Positions 5,303 through 7,267 of a DNA stretch of 7,267 bases are shown here, in pieces. Source of the DNA: Candidatus Odinarchaeia archaeon (GTDB taxonomy: Archaea > Asgardarchaeota > Odinarchaeia > Odinarchaeales > Odinarchaeaceae); assembly GCA_029856525.1 (NCBI GenBank), contig JAHQXC010000065.1:1-7267 (forward strand), read 5' to 3'. Made by a program: the position numbers and the translations under genes. Numbering within the stretch: the first letter of the stretch is position 1; each line of letters starts with the position of its first letter. The notes below the pieces were generated by a model. That model did not search any database and was not told the DNA's origin. It saw nothing but the letters and a program-made list of their open reading frames with translations.

Positions 5303-7267
5303 TTAGATAAGGTCTTTATCCCTGATTTCTTTAGAAGAAGCCATCCACATAGGTCCGAGAACTCTGTGAACTAGTTGAACATAGGCGGGTTGATGTGATA
5401 CTAGTGCGACTATTTGTTGAGGCTGACCCGTGTTAGGTGCGAGTAAAACCTCTTCATTGTCTCTGGCACACCCGAAAAAGTCTCTTTCAGGTCTATCCCA
5501 TATTCTAATGTTCCCCTTCGATAATAGTTTTTTAATCGCTTCCATATCTGATTCAAGATTTAAACCGGTAACTAAATGTATTCTAATTCTAGGTTTTGTT
5601 TGAAGTAATACGTTGACTACAGTTTCATCTAATTCCGGCAGGACTATTGTAACCGTGGATTTTGTCCGATAAATCATATCGCATATATGCGTTAGCACAG
5701 CTACTCTAGAGATGAGATGCCATGTACCCTCCGCTTTTTCAAGAGTTGTATGGGAGGCTTCCTCCCATGCTGATTTTAATACAGCGGTGGATTGTAGAAC
5801 GCTGCGTGCAATATCGTTAAGAGGTTTCTCACATTTAGATTGAATACCGTCGATTAAATTTTCAAGGAGAGTGGAAGAGGAGTCAAGTTGATCTATACTC
5901 TGCTTCTCAACACTTTTAATATGGTTTACAGTTGATTCGCTTAATTTACTAGAATAATACGCGTATTTCTCTTTAAGATCGGTTTTAAGTTTTCCGAATA
6001 GGTTTTCTAATTCAACCTTTATATTAGAAGGTGTTACTGTAAAACTCTCACCAAGCTTGTTTTTAACTTCTCCAACACTGTTTTTAATGTTTAATATACC
6101 GGTTTCGAAAACATTTAAAGTCTCATGGCATGTGTGATCTGTTGCTTTCAAGTTTTCATCATGGCTGGCAGCTATCTTAGAATCGGTTTCAGCTGATATA
6201 TTTTCTATTAGGTCTACTGCGTCAGCCTCTATTTTTTCAATTATACTAATAGACTCTTTTAAACTTCTATCAAGCTCTGAGACTAACCGGTCTTTATTAT
6301 TTGAGATCAGTGTACGCGTATTTTCAGCTTTCAACTCGATTTCTTCGTTTAATTTTCGTGAACTCGTAGATAAATCAGCTTCTATTTTATCTAAGTTTTC
6401 GCTGATACCGGTTATATGCGACTCTATTTCACCCTCCAGAGTGGTTGACTGATTCCCTAGTAACGTTGAGACTGAATTCTTTATATTTGAAATATTCGAG
6501 CTGATTAATCTAGTTTTTTCACTGGTTTTTGATTCGAGTTCTCCTGTTAACTTAGATGAATCGGATTCAATTTTTCTAGTTACCGAGCTTATCTTCTCAT
6601 TTAATTGTTTATGTAAACCGTTGAGAAGAGTCTCCGCAGTATTATTCTTATCTTCAACAAGGCTCTCTATATTTGTTGAAGCCTCTTTTAAGCTTGTTTT
6701 AGCTTTATCTATTATTTTATCAAGTTTTACAGTACCGGATTCTTTAAACTCGCTTAAAGCCCGGCTGCTTTCACTCTGATATGATTGAAGGCTTTCCTCA
6801 ACATTCTCTTTAAATGAAATTATCCTCGAATTTACGGTATCTGCTACTGATTCAACCATTTTTAGAATTCGATTCTTAGAATTATTCACGTACTCGATTA
6901 AACTGTTATGAGTTGAAGCTAATAATTCTTTTAACTCTGATTTTAAGATTTGAAACTGCTCTATTATGTTTTTAAAAATTGATTCAATCTTTTCATCGGA
7001 GTCTTTTAAAGCTGCTTGTTGGAGGCTTATTAGATTCGCCAGCTCATCTTCAAGAGCGGCTCTGTTTTCAGGTATAGTTTTCTGTAGAATGCTTTGAATA
7101 TGTTCAGCTTCCTCTTTAACTCTCGCTTGGATGCCGCTAGCTGTCTCACCTAGCTTTCTGATGAGGGCTTCATATATCTGGCTGATGATTGCTGTTAACT
7201 CTGTTTGCTCAGTTATCAAATCCGTTTCTATACTAGCTATTTTATCATTAACCTCTTTTTTTAATCC
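5303..7267 (-). CDS. 5'-partial (at least 654 aa) long hendecad coiled-coil protein with a C-terminal TrmB-like / PLD-fold domain
   Basis: The frame stays open past TTG 7219 to the window edge (GLKKEVNDKIASIETD, no stop), so the real start is outside the window. About 500 helical residues contain only 3 Pro. The C-terminal ~140 aa (GTWHLISR..ICDMIYRTKSTVTIVLP, ARDNEEVLLAP, ALVSHQPAYV..W) resemble the TrmB effector domain by recalled similarity, not by a search. Confidence 0.8.
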   Translation of the reverse strand, partial: GLKKEVNDKIASIETDLITEQTELTAIISQIYEALIRKLGETASGIQARVKEEAEHIQSILQKTIPENRAALEDELANLISLQQAALKDSDEKIESIFKNIIEQFQILKSELKELLASTHNSLIEYVNNSKNRILKMVESVADTVNSRIISFKENVEESLQSYQSESSRALSEFKESGTVKLDKIIDKAKTSLKEASTNIESLVEDKNNTAETLLNGLHKQLNEKISSVTRKIESDSSKLTGELESKTSEKTRLISSNISNIKNSVSTLLGNQSTTLEGEIESHITGISENLDKIEADLSTSSRKLNEEIELKAENTRTLISNNKDRLVSELDRSLKESISIIEKIEADAVDLIENISAETDSKIAASHDENLKATDHTCHETLNVFETGILNIKNSVGEVKNKLGESFTVTPSNIKVELENLFGKLKTDLKEKYAYYSSKLSESTVNHIKSVEKQSIDQLDSSSTLLENLIDGIQSKCEKPLNDIARSVLQSTAVLKSAWEEASHTTLEKAEGTWHLISRVAVLTHICDMIYRTKSTVTIVLPELDETVVNVLLQTKPRIRIHLVTGLNLESDMEAIKKLLSKGNIRIWDRPERDFFGCARDNEEVLLAPNTGQPQQIVALVSHQPAYVQLVHRVLGPMWMASSKEIRDKDLI
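5777..7264 (-). repeat. Protein-level 11-residue (hendecad) tandem repeat of about 46 units, with traces of a 66-residue super-repeat
   Basis: Taking every 11th residue from -14 to 481 (ORF-track numbering), 38 of 46 are L/I/V/F with no register break. The +4 and +7 positions are also enriched in hydrophobic residues. No DNA-level tandem repeat is visible. Confidence 0.85.

Noticed and set aside
7256-7262. A7 slippery heptamer on the minus strand
   Set aside because: Common in AT-rich Lys-Lys codons, with no sign of an alternative frame; the hendecad register is continuous across it.
5777-7267. SMC, phage tape-measure or chemoreceptor identity for the coiled-coil gene
   Set aside because: No Walker/signature motifs, hinge, phage neighbours or MCP hairpin are visible, and the C-terminal domain is TrmB-like. 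The unseen N-terminus leaves some uncertainty.

Overview
AT-rich archaeal chromosomal window, possibly from an Asgard-type lineage (inference from the gene set and the last gene). Left to right it holds: agmatinase speB (+) convergent and 3'-overlapping with pyruvoyl arginine decarboxylase pdaD (-); a 54-aa rubredoxin (+, TTG start) missing from the ORF track; a TFS/RpoM paralogue whose C-terminal zinc ribbon is replaced by an acidic tail; a stand-alone Lrp/AsnC ligand-binding (RAM) domain; and a glcD plus glcF/hdrD-like dehydrogenase operon (-). The last gene (-) is 5'-truncated by the window edge. It encodes about 500 residues of uninterrupted 11-residue (hendecad) amphipathic repeat followed by a TrmB-like, catalytically dead PLD-fold domain, and it is the most unusual element here. 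Other oddities are Thr in place of the catalytic Glu in PdaD and several candidate operator palindromes. No mobile element, CRISPR array, tRNA or rRNA was recognised.
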